Source: Camelus dromedarius (lineage: Eukaryota). Taken from it: 64,000 nt of DNA. This document shows, piece by piece, positions 62,400 through 64,000 of this stretch (position 1 is the first letter of the stretch; every line of letters begins with the position of its first letter). Location of the stretch: positions 16,182,001 through 16,246,000 of the forward strand of contig NC_087436.1 in the NCBI RefSeq assembly GCF_036321535.1, given 5' to 3'. A program made the position numbers and the translations under genes. The notes below the pieces were generated by a model that saw nothing but the letters and a program-made list of their open reading frames with translations, had not been told where the DNA came from and did not search any database.

Positions 62400-64000
62400 G
62401 AAAGACAAGATAATCTAAGCAAAATAATTGTGAGTCCATAATATCCAATATATAAAATAACTGAAAGACAAGCCCGTAAGCAGGAAAATGTGATTCCGGG
62501 AGAACAATTATTTAATAGCAAGGGTCCCAGAAATGATGGAGATTATGGAATTAAGTCTGTATGTGAGTGTGGAAAAATAAATAGATAGATACTCCCCATT
62601 CCAGAAGATGGAACTTAGTTTCACTCTACTCACCTCTTTCCAAGGGTGGGCTAGACTTAGTAACAGCTTCCAAAGAACACAGTAAGAGAAAGGATTAATA
62701 GTTAACTTTACAATGGAAAAATCTGCCAAATGCTACTTTAACCAAGTGGTGAAGGTTACTGTTATCAGTAATGTGTGAATATCATATAACGCCCTCTATG
62801 ATATTATTAATAAAAACCCATAGCCCTACTGTAATCATGAGAAAAGCACCAGAAAACCCAGACTGTGAACAGTTTACAGGATTTCTGGCCAGTACTTTTC
62901 AAGATTGTTAAGGTTATGAAAAACAAGGCAAGACTGAGAAACTATCACAGACCAGAGGAGACTTGAGGGGACATGAAAACTAAATACAATGTATTTTTTT
63001 AATTGAATCCTGGAATAGAAAGGGTACATTAATGGAAAAAGTGGTGAAAGCATAATAAAATCTAGAGTTTAATTAATGATAAAAATAAATAAATGAAGAA
63101 AATTAAAAAAACTGTGTTTAAAAAAAAGCTATTATGAATACATGTAGATATTTAATGGAAAACATGAACAAAATAAGGAAGCCCATGGGGAATCTCAGTA
63201 CAAAAATGGGAGCTATAAAAAAGAATGAAATCAAGTTTTAAAACTAAAATTACGGTATTTGAACTGAAAACTTAACTTGATAGGCTTAACATTTTATTTG
63301 ATACTGTAAAAGAAAAGATCAGTTAAACTAAAGACAATGCAACTGAAACTATTTAACTGAAGTACAGAAAGGAAAAAAATTCATACAAAATGAACAGAAC
63401 ATTTGTCAGCTATGGGGCAATGTCAAGTGCTCAAACATGCATGTAATGGAATTATCAGAAGAAAGTGAGCAGGTTAAATATTAAAAAACAAACTTTTAAT
63501 AGATATTTTCCTTGTTTCTTAACTTCTTTAAAAGATGTAACAGTTTACGGTCAACATGATAATATATTGTGGCGTTTGTAAGGTATGTGGAATGACTATA
63601 GCTCAGAAAACAGGAAGAAACTACAAAGGGTTTGGGGGGAAGGAATATACTGTTTTGTGATTCTTATATAATATGTCAAGGAGATAGATCATTATCTGAG
63701 GTTAAACTTGAAAGAAATATAAATAATCATTAAAACATGAAAGTGTGGTATAGATAGTAAACCAATACAAGAGGTAAAATGGAATACAAAAAAATTAATC
63801 CAAAAGAAGTTTAAAAGAAGAAAAAAAAAGAATCAAAGAACAAATAAAAAGATGGACTTAAACCTAATTATATCAGTAATTACCTTAAATGTAAATGATC
63901 TAATTAAAATTGAACATTTAAAAACAGAGATCTTCAAGCTCATTAAAAGTAAGATACAAGTGTGTGTTTACAAAAGATGTAATTAAATCTAAAGACAGAA
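62400..64000 (+). mobile_element. Ancient L1 sequence (L1MC/MD-like 3' segment ~62560-63090 within a degraded A-rich L1 body)
   Basis: gacttagtaacagcttccaaagaacacagtaagagaaagg...aactttacaatggaaaaatctg...cctggaatagaaagggtacattaatggaaaaagtggtgaa. Ends ...tatcagtaattaccttaaatgtaaatgatctaa, resembling the L1 ORF2 start. Confidence 0.6.

Larger units (their letters stand above)
7926..64000 (+). other. LRBA: Large LRBA intron (>56 kb, continues beyond the window) hosting MAB21L2
   Basis: Donor at 7926. I did not find the expected next exon (ILAYTEGLHGKW...) by eye anywhere in the window. Confidence 0.8.

Noticed and set aside
25643..62729. Numerous 60-155 aa ORFs in the large intron
   Set aside because: Compositionally biased, many overlap repeats, and none resembles the next LRBA exon or a known protein.
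1..64000. Prokaryotic-type systems (CBASS/CD-NTase operon, CRISPR array)
   Set aside because: The DNA is clearly mammalian. The only cGAS-fold gene is MAB21L2, and I saw no regularly spaced repeat array.

Overview
Mammalian genomic DNA, most likely a camelid (inferred from tRNA-derived SINEs and young L1 3' ends resembling camelid families). The + strand carries two internal coding exons of LRBA (5129-5275 and 7789-7925, DUF1088/PH region), followed by an intron of more than 56 kb that runs off the end of the window. Nested antisense in that intron is the intronless MAB21L2 gene (CDS 13065..11986, 359 aa) with its poly(A) signal, long 5' leader, GA/CT tract, promoter motifs and a second CpG island. 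The nested Mab21/Lrba-Nbea arrangement is established biology, not new. The rest is intron containing candidate developmental enhancers and interspersed repeats; repeat family names and boundaries were assigned by eye and are approximate. I cannot confidently support a wholly new system. The best leads are: (1) a Kozak-flanked in-frame UUG that could give MAB21L2 a 19-aa N-terminal extension; (2) three back-to-back uORFs in its leader; (3) a possibly bidirectional promoter that could drive a short BEACH-WD40 LRBA isoform; (4) MEIS/SOX/OTX motif clusters in repeat-poor sequence.
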